From assembly GCA_965235635.1 (NCBI GenBank), contig CBDDYR010000004.1, positions 73,657 to 137,656 on the forward strand: DNA of 64,000 bases, read 5' to 3'. Below are positions 49,218 through 59,237 of the stretch, in pieces (position 1 is the stretch's first letter; every line of letters starts with the position of its first letter). A model generated the notes under the pieces. It made no database searches. It was not told where the DNA came from and worked only from the letters and a program-made list of their open reading frames with translations. Origin of the DNA: Candidatus Pelagibacterales bacterium (GTDB taxonomy: Bacteria > Pseudomonadota > Alphaproteobacteria > Pelagibacterales > Pelagibacteraceae). Made by a program: the position numbers and the translations under genes.

Positions 49218-49808
49218 TTAAGATACTAACCCTTTCACATTTTCTCCTTTTTGTACTTTTCTTAAAATCATTTTTTCTGTTTCTTCCACATCATTAATTC
49301 TCTCAGGCCATTTTCCCTCTTTGATACAGATTAAACATCTAAAAATTTCTGAAATACCTATAATTAATAAAAGTAAACCAGCAATCGGAATTAAGCTTTT
49401 GCTAAAATACACTTGAATTTGTGCTGGGCTATTCCAGCTTACCTCATGAACTATCCAAGCTTTTTTAGCATAAAAATATCCAGCATAGGTTAGTGCGAAT
49501 ACCCCTGGACCGTAAAAACAAATAAATAAAATTAAATCTAAAATTGCCTGACCTCTTTCAGAAAGTCTATTATAATACATATCTGCCTTAACATGTGATT
49601 TTGTACTAATTGCTGAGGCGCCCCCCATCATTATTACTGCGCCATACATTTGAATTGTAAAATCAAAAGCCCACAGAGTTGGGGCATTAAAAAAATATCT
49701 CATTATTACTTCGTACATTACGGCGGCTGTTAATATGAATATACTCCAAGCAAATGCTCTTCCTATCCAAACAACAAATTGATCTGCGAAGTTTATATAC
49801 GATCTCAA
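49218..49808 (-). CDS. dctQ: TRAP transporter small permease DctQ (TTG start)
   Basis: YEVIMRY.FNAPT.WA, HVKAD; four transmembrane segments; G-rich SD upstream. Confidence 0.9.
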   Translation of the reverse strand: MRSYINFADQFVVWIGRAFAWSIFILTAAVMYEVIMRYFFNAPTLWAFDFTIQMYGAVIMMGGASAISTKSHVKADMYYNRLSERGQAILDLILFICFYGPGVFALTYAGYFYAKKAWIVHEVSWNSPAQIQVYFSKSLIPIAGLLLLIIGISEIFRCLICIKEGKWPERINDVEETEKMILRKVQKGENVKGLVS

Positions 49809-49865
49809 TTAAATCCCCCCTTAAACTTAAAGTAACACTTAAAAATTTTTAATCAACGTAAATCA

Positions 49866-49898
49866 AAGATAAGCGTGAATAATATTCACGCTTATCTT
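49866..49898 (-). terminator. Perfect inverted repeat between dctP and dctQ (partial terminator or mRNA stabiliser)
   Basis: AAGATAAGCGTGAATA-A-TATTCACGCTTATCTT with 16-nt arms, 17 nt past the dctP stop; weak U-tract. Confidence 0.75.
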
Positions 49899-49915
49899 CC
49901 AATATGAATTAACTT

Positions 49916-51088
49916 TTATGAAGAAATAGCTTTAGCTGGATCACCAAAAGTATTTCTAAATCCAATTGTATAATCAGGCTGATTCATTAATAAATATGCC
50001 ATAACTACTTTTGCATATCTTTTTTGAGAATCAATGATTTCTTTAAACAAAGGATCTTTTGCGCTGAATTCAGCAACAACTTTATCCCAAGATTTCATTT
50101 GTTCAGCCAATATATCTTTTGGAGTTACAACAACTTTTACACCTGAGTCTTTAATCAACTTCACTAGATCATCGGCATAACGTTTTGTCATTTTCCAATA
50201 GTTATCTGAGTTAGCAGCTTCAGCAGCAATTCTCAAAATATTCTGATGATTTTTAGATAAACTATTAAATTTTTTCTTATTAAAAGTTATCTCAAACATC
50301 TCTTGAGATTGATGGAAACTTGCTAAGTGATAAAATTTAGCAACGTCTTGCATACCAAAGTTTTTATCAGATGAAGGGTTGTTAAATTCCGCCGCATCGA
50401 TAAGACCTGTTTTCATCCCTGGCTGAATTTCTCCGCCTGGTAATTGAAGAACAGTCATACCAATTCCTTGTAGAACGTTTGTAGCAAGTCCTACTGTTCG
50501 GTATTTAAGACCTTTAATATCTGCTATAGACTTCACCTCTTTTTTAAACCAACCAAATGGTTGAGCTGGCATTGGCATTGCGAAGAAACCAACAACATCT
50601 AATTTTGTCGCTGCTAAAGTTTTTTCGTATAATGCTCTTCCGCCACCGTATTCGATCCATCCCATTAGTTCTTGTGAAGAGAAACCATAAGAAGGTCCTG
50701 TTCCAAATAATGAAGATGAAGCATTTTTTCCATACCAGTAGGCTGTAACAGAGTGACCGGCATCAACTACACCTGTACTAACTCCATCGGCAATCTCAGC
50801 AGTTTTTAAAACTGAGTTAACGGCTAACACTTCTAACTTTAAAGATCCGCCTGAAAGTTCTTCAACTCTCTTACCGTAATCTTTTGCCATCTCAAAAAAT
50901 GGGTCTGCATCTGCAGGGCCCCAAGCCGTTTGCATTTTAAGAGTGACAGTTCCCTGCGCAACCGAAATATTTGGCATCGCAAGAGAAGCAGCAGCAACAG
51001 CACTTGTAGCTGCAGCAGCTTTGAAAAACTTACGTCTTGAAGTTTTTTTAGACTCCAATGGCGTAACTTCGTCTTTTAGTTTTGTCAT
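49916..51088 (-). CDS. dctP: TRAP solute-binding protein DctP (TakP-like subfamily), Tat-exported
   Basis: Twin-arginine signal SRRKFFK; LKMQTAW, AYWYGK, FGWFKKE, GLKYRTVG, IDAAEF. Confidence 0.92.
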   Translation of the reverse strand: MTKLKDEVTPLESKKTSRRKFFKAAAATSAVAAASLAMPNISVAQGTVTLKMQTAWGPADADPFFEMAKDYGKRVEELSGGSLKLEVLAVNSVLKTAEIADGVSTGVVDAGHSVTAYWYGKNASSSLFGTGPSYGFSSQELMGWIEYGGGRALYEKTLAATKLDVVGFFAMPMPAQPFGWFKKEVKSIADIKGLKYRTVGLATNVLQGIGMTVLQLPGGEIQPGMKTGLIDAAEFNNPSSDKNFGMQDVAKFYHLASFHQSQEMFEITFNKKKFNSLSKNHQNILRIAAEAANSDNYWKMTKRYADDLVKLIKDSGVKVVVTPKDILAEQMKSWDKVVAEFSAKDPLFKEIIDSQKRYAKVVMAYLLMNQPDYTIGFRNTFGDPAKAISS

Positions 51089-51282
51089 TTATTTTCCCTT
51101 ATTTAGTTAATTAACTGGCGGCGATTAAAGCAAAAACAAATGTGAGAGTCTCTAAAAAAAACATCTTAAAAATATATATAAATGATCAATTAATACTACT
51201 CATAGTTGTAATAAAAAATATAAATTTACTTTTATTCTTTAATACTAAATTAATTAAATAAAAAAGGGATCATCAAATAAAA

Positions 51283-51891
51283 ATGAATATTTTTTCTCAA
51301 GAAACTTTAATCTTTCTAGAAATAATTTTGGTAAATGTAATATTGTCTGGTGACAATGCCATTGTAATTGGGATGGTCGCTTCACAATTTGAAGGTTCTT
51401 TAAGAAAAAAAATTTTAATTTACGGAACTCTTGTAGCCATTCTGATGAGATTGGTATTTACAGGAATAGTTACTTATTTACTTCAATTCCAAGGGGTAAA
51501 ATTAATTGGTGGATTATTATTACTTTGGATTGTCTACAAACTTTACCAGGACGTCATTAAAGAAAAAGAAAGTGAAGATAATAATAAGTTTGTAATTAAA
51601 GAAACCGAGAGATCTAAATTGAGCAAAGCAATTTTAACGGTTGCTTTAGCTGATATCACTTTAAGTTTAGATAATGTTTTAGGAGTTGCGGGTGCTGCTA
51701 AGGGTCATTACTGGGCACTTATGTTTGGACTTACTCTTTCAATTGTTATTATGGCAACACTTGCAAATCTAATTTCTATTTATATAAAAAAGTTTAAATG
51801 GATTGCTTGGATTGGACTACTTGCAATCTTGTGGGTGGCTTGTGAACTTATCTATGAAGACTCAATAGTCTTAGCCGCTAAATACTTTTAA
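51283..51891 (+). CDS. TerC/YjbE family integral membrane protein
   Basis: LSGDNAIVI, GGLLLLWI, AD..LSLDNVLGVAGAA. Confidence 0.9.
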   Translation: MNIFSQETLIFLEIILVNVILSGDNAIVIGMVASQFEGSLRKKILIYGTLVAILMRLVFTGIVTYLLQFQGVKLIGGLLLLWIVYKLYQDVIKEKESEDNNKFVIKETERSKLSKAILTVALADITLSLDNVLGVAGAAKGHYWALMFGLTLSIVIMATLANLISIYIKKFKWIAWIGLLAILWVACELIYEDSIVLAAKYF

Positions 51892-52847
51892 TTCACCTGA
51901 TCTTTAGGTCTTTTATTGTTAAAGAAATTTTCTAAGTTATCGATTGCTCTATTTCCCATATCAATTCTCGTTCTAAAAGTTGCGCTTCCCAGGTGAGGTA
52001 GTAAAAAAAGATTATTTAACTTTAAATATTCAGGATTAATTTTAGGTTCTCCATTATATACATCGAGACCTAGGGCAAAAACTTTCCCACTTTTCATTGC
52101 TTTAATCATAGCATTATCATCAATGATATCGCCTCTTGCAGCATTCGTAACGACAGCCCCATCAGGTAAATAATTAATTGATTGTTCATTAACTAAATTT
52201 GTAGTTTCTTTAGTTGCAGGACAATTAATTGATAAAAATTCGCTGTTATTAAATAATGACTTTATGTTGTCATGATAAATTGCTCCTTCTTCTAAGTTTG
52301 CAGCTAATTTAGTTCTATTGTGGTAGTGAATTTCCATTCCAAAGCCTCGAGCACGTTTTGCGACCGCTCTACCAATTCTGCCCATGCCAAGAATTCCTAA
52401 TTTTCTATTAGACATTTGTTTACCAAGTAAAAAATCAGTTTTCCAAGTCCAACTCTGTTGTTCAGCAAATTTTCTACCCTCATAGGCTCTTCTTGAGGCT
52501 CCCAATAAAAGCAAGATAGAAATATCAGCAGTTGCCTCTGTTAAAACTTCTGGAGTATTAGTTACGACAATTCCTTTTTTTGCTGCAGCATCAACATCAA
52601 TATTTCCAAATCCAACTGCATAGTTTGCAATAATTTTTACTTTATCTGAAAGTTTAGCAATGGCTGCTCCATCTATTTTATTCGTTCCAAAGCATAAGAT
52701 CCCATCACAATCTTTTGATAACTCAACAATATCCTCTGTTGTGTAAGGTTTTTCTTCTTTATTGAGTTTTGCATCAAATAGTTTTTGAACACGTTCTTCG
52801 GTTTCTTTTAATAAATTTTTTGTAACTAAGATTTTCTTTTTCATCAT
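51888..52847 (-). CDS. D-2-hydroxyacid dehydrogenase (glyoxylate/hydroxypyruvate reductase-like)
   Basis: VTNTPEVLT, GMGRIG, NAARG, LDVY..EP, PHLGSAT. Confidence 0.9.
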   Translation of the reverse strand: MMKKKILVTKNLLKETEERVQKLFDAKLNKEEKPYTTEDIVELSKDCDGILCFGTNKIDGAAIAKLSDKVKIIANYAVGFGNIDVDAAAKKGIVVTNTPEVLTEATADISILLLLGASRRAYEGRKFAEQQSWTWKTDFLLGKQMSNRKLGILGMGRIGRAVAKRARGFGMEIHYHNRTKLAANLEEGAIYHDNIKSLFNNSEFLSINCPATKETTNLVNEQSINYLPDGAVVTNAARGDIIDDNAMIKAMKSGKVFALGLDVYNGEPKINPEYLKLNNLFLLPHLGSATFRTRIDMGNRAIDNLENFFNNKRPKDQVN

Positions 52848-54139
52848 AAATTAATTGCTTTAGGTTTTTCTCCGCCTGTATACCAGTTTAAAATTTCTAT
52901 GGTATGAACAATTGGAATTTTTGTACCAGATGATATCTGTGTAATACATCCTATATTTCCCGTTGAAATAAAGTCAGGTTTTACTTTATCAATATTTGAA
53001 ACTTTTCTTTTTAAAAGTTCTGCAGCCATTTCATCTTGCAGTAAATTATAAGTCCCAGCTGACCCACAACATAAATGACCGTCGGGTATCTCAACTATTT
53101 CATTGCCAGTTTTTTTTAATAAATCCATTGGTTGATTATGTATTTTTTGCCCATGTTGCATTGAACATGCAGAATGATAAGCAATTTTAAATTTTTTATC
53201 TTTTTTTACATAATTTAGTTTAATATTTTTTCCTAAATATTCAGTCACATCCTTTGCAAGCGATGAAATTATTTTTGCTTTTTTTCTAAGTTCTTTGTCA
53301 GGATGATCTCTAAATATATAGCCATAATCTTTCAAAGTAGTGCCGCAGCCAGAAGTGGTTACTAAAATTGCATCAAGTTTTTTTTCTTCATACCATTTAA
53401 ACCATGAATTAATATTATTTATAAAGGACTTATGAGCAATCTCTTCTTTACCTAAATGATGGTTTAATGAACCACAACAGTCCACTTTTTTTGGCACAAT
53501 GACTTCAACACCATGTCTGTTTAAAATATCGATCGTTGCATCATTAATTTGCGGAGAAATAACTCGTTGAACACAACCTGTTAATAAAGCAACTTTTGCA
53601 TAGATCTTTCCTGTGGGCGAATATATCTCCTTATTTTCCTGTTTAGACGCAGGAAAAGAATTTGGCATATATTTAAGCATATTTTTAATCTTTTTTGGAA
53701 ATAAGAATCTAAATGGATAAATTAGTCTAGAAGAGTAACCAATCATTCTAAATAAGGTTGGACTTGGCAAAATCTTGGAAAGTAAATTTCTTATTATTCG
53801 ATCAAAAAAAGGGCGAGTAAAAGTTTTTTCAATATGATTTCTCGCATGATCAACAAGGTGCATATAATTTACACCTGATGGACAAGTAGTCATACAAGAG
53901 TAACAGGATAAACAGCGATCAATGTGTTTTGCAATTTTTTCATTAGCTGGCTTTTCATTCTCCAGCATATCTTTAATTAAATAAATTCTACCCCTTGGGC
54001 CGTCTAGTTCATCGCCCACAATTTGGTAAGTTGGACAAGTAGCATTACAAAAACCACAGTGAACACATTTTCTTAATATTCCTTCTGCAGAACTAATGTT
54101 GCTATCCTGAAGCTGTTTTTTTGTAAAATTAGTTTGCAT
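52844..54139 (-). CDS. glcF: Glycolate oxidase iron-sulfur subunit
   Basis: MQTNF, CVHCGFCNATCPTY, GPRGRI, CLSCYSCMTTCPSGV, two CCG domains. Confidence 0.95.
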   Translation of the reverse strand: MQTNFTKKQLQDSNISSAEGILRKCVHCGFCNATCPTYQIVGDELDGPRGRIYLIKDMLENEKPANEKIAKHIDRCLSCYSCMTTCPSGVNYMHLVDHARNHIEKTFTRPFFDRIIRNLLSKILPSPTLFRMIGYSSRLIYPFRFLFPKKIKNMLKYMPNSFPASKQENKEIYSPTGKIYAKVALLTGCVQRVISPQINDATIDILNRHGVEVIVPKKVDCCGSLNHHLGKEEIAHKSFINNINSWFKWYEEKKLDAILVTTSGCGTTLKDYGYIFRDHPDKELRKKAKIISSLAKDVTEYLGKNIKLNYVKKDKKFKIAYHSACSMQHGQKIHNQPMDLLKKTGNEIVEIPDGHLCCGSAGTYNLLQDEMAAELLKRKVSNIDKVKPDFISTGNIGCITQISSGTKIPIVHTIEILNWYTGGEKPKAINL

Positions 54140-55353
54140 TATGCTCCTGAATACATCTTTCCTGGATTTAAGATTTTTTTTGGATCAAAACTTTCTTTGA
54201 TCTTTAACGATAAAACTCTAATATTCTCATCAACCGTTGTCAAAAAATCTTCTTTAATACGTACATGGTTAGGTGCTTTAATTACGGTCATATGTCCTCC
54301 AAGCTTTATGGCTTCCGTTCTTAATTGTCTAAATAACACGCTATCGTTCTCAGGGATCTCAATCCAAATCAAGTTACCTGCCCAATCTACAACATATTTT
54401 AATTCATCATTTTCAAATTTATTAAGAAACTGATCTGTATGGATTGGTGGTAAAATTATTTTTAAAACTACATTCGTACTATTATTAAAAAACTGTAAAT
54501 CAGTTGTATCCTTCCAAAAAATTCTAGATTGATAATGTTCAAGAACTGATATTGTTTTTTTATATTCATCAAATACTTTTTTTAAATTATTAATTCTCTC
54601 TAAAACTGAAATTCTTGGTCCCTCAAGCCGAATTGCTGTAATGGACATTGATGTATCTAGGTCATTAAGTTTAAAAAATTTTAATACTTTTGCTGGATAA
54701 AAACATGCGCCAGAAATCTCAACAGATGTTTGCATAGCTTTTGAAAAAATATCTAAAGCCCTCTTTAAGTTAATATTATGAACAATTAATGTTTGTGTTT
54801 CCTCATTCTTGGGCTGAACTTTTAATACAATCTCTGTTAAAGCAACCAAAGTTCCATAAGATCCAGTAATAAGTTTACTAACATCATAACCTGTTACATT
54901 CTTAACCACTGTTCCTCCTGATTTTACAATCTCACCTTTTCCATTAACTCCCCTAAATCCTAGAATGTGATCCCTTAAAGCGCCCGCTCTAAATCTACGT
55001 GATCCTGATAAATTGCAAGCAACAGCTCCGCCTACAGACCCTTTATTACTTCTCCCATTATATAAAAATCCCATGTCTGAAGGTTCAAATGATAATTCTT
55101 GATTTTTTTTATCAAGCTCAGCTTCAATTAACTCAAGAGGAGTTCCTGCTTTGACTTTAATATAAAGTTCTTCAGGAAAATATTCGATAATTCCGCTTAA
55201 ATTTTTTAAATGTAAAGATTTAGCACATTGGATCAATCTACCAATTGATTTTGTATTATGTCCTTTAATTTCAATTGGAATTTCTTGTGAGTTGCAATCT
55301 TTTATAAAGTCAACAACTTCACTTTCGCTTGTTGGCGAATAAATTTCAGACAT
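54139..55353 (-). CDS. glcE: Glycolate oxidase FAD-binding subunit
   Basis: Y.PEEL...AGTPL, SGSRRF.AG..RDH.LG, SGG.VVKNVTGYD, FDP..ILNPG. Confidence 0.92.
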   Translation of the reverse strand: MSEIYSPTSESEVVDFIKDCNSQEIPIEIKGHNTKSIGRLIQCAKSLHLKNLSGIIEYFPEELYIKVKAGTPLELIEAELDKKNQELSFEPSDMGFLYNGRSNKGSVGGAVACNLSGSRRFRAGALRDHILGFRGVNGKGEIVKSGGTVVKNVTGYDVSKLITGSYGTLVALTEIVLKVQPKNEETQTLIVHNINLKRALDIFSKAMQTSVEISGACFYPAKVLKFFKLNDLDTSMSITAIRLEGPRISVLERINNLKKVFDEYKKTISVLEHYQSRIFWKDTTDLQFFNNSTNVVLKIILPPIHTDQFLNKFENDELKYVVDWAGNLIWIEIPENDSVLFRQLRTEAIKLGGHMTVIKAPNHVRIKEDFLTTVDENIRVLSLKIKESFDPKKILNPGKMYSGA

Positions 55354-56849
55354 TAAAATCTTGGAATATCTTTAAATTTTATATCTCCCTTATGAACATG
55401 CATCTTTCCGCTCTCTGCACAACGATGTAAAATTGGATAAACTTTTCCAGGATTCAAAAGAGATTTGTCGTCAAATGCTTGCTTAATATGAAGTTGCTGT
55501 TGAATATCTTCATCATTAAACATTTCACACATTAAATCTCTTTTCTCTATTCCAACTCCATGTTCGCCGGTAAGAACACCCCCCACTTTTACACAATATT
55601 TTAAAATATCGGCTCCAAATTTCTCAGCTCTTTTTAATTCACTTTTTATATTTGAATCAAACATAATTAATGGATGTAAATTTCCATCACCGGCATGAAA
55701 ACAATTTGCAACTCTTAAGCCATGCTTTTGTGAAAGTTTAGTAATTTCTCTTAAAACTTCTGGTAATTTTTTTCGAGGAATAGTTCCGTCCATACATAAA
55801 TAATCTGGCGACATATCACCAATTGCTGGGAATGCCGCTTTTCTTCCAAGCCAAAATCTTAATCTCTCTTCATCATTTTTACTGATGCGTAAATAGGTTG
55901 CTTTATTTTTCTTTGCAATATCTTCAACTTTTTTTATTAGAACGTTCACTTCACTTTCGGTTCCATCTAATTCAACAATTAAAATCGCTTCAACATCCCT
56001 AGGATAACCTGCTTTAGAATAATCATCTGTTGCTTTAATCAAAGGCTTGTCCATTACCTCCATACCACCAGGAATAATTCCTCCTGAAATAATATCTGAA
56101 ACACATTGTCCTGCGTTTTCAACACTTTGAAAACCTAAGAGCAAAGCTTTAACTGACTGAGGTTTTTTTAAAATTTTTACAGTTACTTCTGTTAACACGC
56201 CTAGCAATCCCTCTGATCCAGTAATAATTCCTAACAAATCGTAACCTTCGGACTCTAATTTTTTTCCGCCAAATCTCATAACCGTTCCATCCATCAAAAC
56301 TATTTCAACACCAAGAACATTGTTTGTTGTTGTTCCATATTTTAAAGAATGAACTCCTCCAGAGTTTTCGGCAATATTTCCACCTATTGAACAAGCTATT
56401 TGACTTGAAGGGTCAGGAGCATAGTAAAAACCTTTATGTTCAACAGCTTTTGTTAAAGATAAATTTGTAACCCCAGGCTGAGTCACAACACATCTATTTT
56501 CAAAATCAATTTCTAAAATTTTATTAAATTTGCTCAATCCTAACAAAACACAATCGGCAAGAGGCAATGCTCCTCCTGATAATCCTGTTCCAGCACCTCT
56601 TGGAACAACTTTAATATTATTTTTATGACAATATTTTAAAATATCACTAACTTCAGCTGTACTTTCTGGAAGAACCACTACCATTGGTTTTTGCTTATAA
56701 GCTGTTAAAGCGTCTGTTTCGTAAGGAACTATTCCTTCTGCATCCGCAATAACATTTATCGGGTTGGTAAATCTTTTTAAATCGCGAACAATTTTTTCTC
56801 TATCATTCAAAACTGATTGATCAATCTGCGGCATTGCTAGCGTGGACAT
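55353..56849 (-). CDS. glcD: Glycolate oxidase subunit
   Basis: RGAGTGLSGGA, YAPDPSSQIACSIGGN, HAGDGNLHP, TGEHGVG. Confidence 0.95.
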   Translation of the reverse strand: MSTLAMPQIDQSVLNDREKIVRDLKRFTNPINVIADAEGIVPYETDALTAYKQKPMVVVLPESTAEVSDILKYCHKNNIKVVPRGAGTGLSGGALPLADCVLLGLSKFNKILEIDFENRCVVTQPGVTNLSLTKAVEHKGFYYAPDPSSQIACSIGGNIAENSGGVHSLKYGTTTNNVLGVEIVLMDGTVMRFGGKKLESEGYDLLGIITGSEGLLGVLTEVTVKILKKPQSVKALLLGFQSVENAGQCVSDIISGGIIPGGMEVMDKPLIKATDDYSKAGYPRDVEAILIVELDGTESEVNVLIKKVEDIAKKNKATYLRISKNDEERLRFWLGRKAAFPAIGDMSPDYLCMDGTIPRKKLPEVLREITKLSQKHGLRVANCFHAGDGNLHPLIMFDSNIKSELKRAEKFGADILKYCVKVGGVLTGEHGVGIEKRDLMCEMFNDEDIQQQLHIKQAFDDKSLLNPGKVYPILHRCAESGKMHVHKGDIKFKDIPRF

Positions 56850-56910
56850 ATTTAAAACTTATATTATTTTAATTGATATATATAGGTCTTTGAGATCGAA
56901 AAAAAAGACT

Positions 56911-58077
56911 TTATTTGACAACAGTTTTTTTAATTTTTTCTAAAGCTTTTTCTATATTCTCGTAAGAATTAGCAAAACTAAATCTTACAAAATCTTTTGC
57001 AGATTTACCAAAACTAACACCTGGAATAATTGCAACTCCTGCCTCATTTAAACATTTATCTGCAAACTCATTACCATTCATTCCAGTCCCGCTTATATTA
57101 GGAAATACATAAAAAGCGCCACCAGGATTATTGCATGTAATCCCTTTAATGCTGTTTAAACCATCCACAATTAATTTTCTTCTTCTATTAAATTGACTCA
57201 TCATTTCATCTAAAAAATCATGTGGACCATCTAATGCTGCAAGACCTGCAATTTGAGTCGAGGCACAAGGGCATGAGTGATCATTCACACATAATCGAGT
57301 GATATCTTCAATAATTTTTTCTGGCCATACGCTCCAGCCCAAACGCCAACCAGTCATTGCATATGTTTTGCTCCAACCATCTAAAACAATTAATCGATCA
57401 AAAATTTCTGGATAATTAAAAAAAGATGGCATTTTTTTATTATCATAAATTTGTCTACTATAAATTTCATCGCTTAAAATCGCGACCTCTGGAAATCTTT
57501 TTAATCCTGCAACAAGTTTATCAATTTGTTCTCTTTCAATGAGACCCCCGGTTGGATTTTGTGGATTATTAATTATAATTAAGCGTGTTTTATCATTTAT
57601 TAATTTTAAAACCTCTTCAGCTTTAAAAGAAAAATTATTTTTTTCACTTAAATACATTGGAACTGCTTTTGCTCCTGAGTAATTGATCATGGATTCATAA
57701 ATTGGAAATCCTGGTTCAGGATAAATAATTTCTGTACCAGGCTGACCAAACATTAACATTGCAAAGAACATTGTTGGTTTTCCTCCTGGCATAATAACCA
57801 CTCGTGAAGCATCTACATTTGCTCCGTACATTTTTTTAATGTGACGTGAAACTCCTTGTCTTAATTCTAAGAGACCATTTGCCGGCGTGTAACCATGAAA
57901 ACCGTCATCTAAGGCCTTTTTTGCAGCATCAACAATGTGTTTTGGTGTTCTAAAATCTGGCTGACCTATTCCTAAATTAATTATTTCTCTTCCTTGCGCT
58001 TCTAATGCTTTTGCTTTTGCAAGAACAACAAAGGCATTTTCAGTGCCAAGTTTAAAAAGACTGTCGGCTAATTTCAT
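56911..58077 (-). CDS. PLP-dependent aminotransferase class I/II
   Basis: LGIGQPDF, NNPQNPTG, SDEIY, WSKTYAMTGWRLG, GAFYVFP. Confidence 0.92.
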   Translation of the reverse strand: MKLADSLFKLGTENAFVVLAKAKALEAQGREIINLGIGQPDFRTPKHIVDAAKKALDDGFHGYTPANGLLELRQGVSRHIKKMYGANVDASRVVIMPGGKPTMFFAMLMFGQPGTEIIYPEPGFPIYESMINYSGAKAVPMYLSEKNNFSFKAEEVLKLINDKTRLIIINNPQNPTGGLIEREQIDKLVAGLKRFPEVAILSDEIYSRQIYDNKKMPSFFNYPEIFDRLIVLDGWSKTYAMTGWRLGWSVWPEKIIEDITRLCVNDHSCPCASTQIAGLAALDGPHDFLDEMMSQFNRRRKLIVDGLNSIKGITCNNPGGAFYVFPNISGTGMNGNEFADKCLNEAGVAIIPGVSFGKSAKDFVRFSFANSYENIEKALEKIKKTVVK

Positions 58078-59228
58078 TTTTTTCTAAAAATTACTTTATC
58101 TCTAGTAATTTCTTTAACATTTCTGCAGCCCATTAAAGTCATTCCTCTTTTTATTTCAGCATGCATAATTCTAAGCACTGCTTCAACGCCTGGTTGGCCT
58201 CCTGCGGATAATGCATATAAATAACCTTTGCCAAATGAACACGCTTTTGCACCAAGTGCTAAAGCTTTTAAAACATGAGTTCCTCTTCTTACTCCACCAT
58301 CTAAAATAACATCTACTTTATCTCCAACAGCATCAACGATATCTGCAAGAACATCAAATGGTGACATAGAGGCATCTAGTTGTCTTCCACCATGATTTGA
58401 GATCATGATTGCTGTTGCGCCTATATCCACTGCTTTTTTTGCATCCTCTACTGATACAATTCCTTTTATAGCAAAGGCACCTTTCCATTTTTTTGCAACA
58501 TATTCAGCATCTTTCCAGTTCATTGTAGGATCAAATTGGCTATTAATATAATTGATCACTGAAGTTTCTATAGATTGTCCATCTTTTTCAGTATGTGGAA
58601 GATTAGGGAGTTTAAATCTTTCGTGCATTAAATAATTTAAAGTCCACTCAGGATGTAGTGCAAAACTTATAAGGCTTGCTAAAGTTAATTTTGGTGGCGT
58701 TGTAAATCCAGTTCTATGATCGCGCTCTCTATTACCCGCAACAATAGTATCTACTGTTAAACATAACGCTTTAAAATTTGCTCTTTGACATCTCTCAATT
58801 AAATTATCTGTTAAGCCTCTGTCTTTATGAATGTACAATTGAAATAATTTTGGACCGCTTGTTAAATTACCAACCTCTTCAATGCTAGTTGTTGCAATTG
58901 TCGACATTCCAAAAAAGGTTCCAAATTTTTCTGCTGCTCTCGAAGTCGCTTTCTCACCATCATGATGATACAATCTATGCATTGCTGTTGGCGCAAGAAA
59001 TAATGGCATATCAATTTTCTGTCCAAAAACAGTTGTGGACATATCGATAGAACTTATATCTCTAAGAACGCTTGGAACTAAATCACAATCATTAAATGCA
59101 GAAGTATTTCTTTTTAAAGTAACCTCATCGTCTGCGCCGCCATCGATGTAATTGAAAATTGGTGAAGGAAGTCTTCTTTTTGCTAACTTTCTAAAATCAT
59201 CAACATTAAAGCATCTAGCTAATGACAT
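58074..59228 (-). CDS. FMN-dependent alpha-hydroxy-acid oxidase/dehydrogenase (LldD-like)
   Basis: YIDGGA.DE, FQLY, LTVD, KGI, SNHGGRQLD, DGGVRRG. Confidence 0.92.
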   Translation of the reverse strand: MSLARCFNVDDFRKLAKRRLPSPIFNYIDGGADDEVTLKRNTSAFNDCDLVPSVLRDISSIDMSTTVFGQKIDMPLFLAPTAMHRLYHHDGEKATSRAAEKFGTFFGMSTIATTSIEEVGNLTSGPKLFQLYIHKDRGLTDNLIERCQRANFKALCLTVDTIVAGNRERDHRTGFTTPPKLTLASLISFALHPEWTLNYLMHERFKLPNLPHTEKDGQSIETSVINYINSQFDPTMNWKDAEYVAKKWKGAFAIKGIVSVEDAKKAVDIGATAIMISNHGGRQLDASMSPFDVLADIVDAVGDKVDVILDGGVRRGTHVLKALALGAKACSFGKGYLYALSAGGQPGVEAVLRIMHAEIKRGMTLMGCRNVKEITRDKVIFRKK

Positions 59229-59237
59229 TATAAAGTT

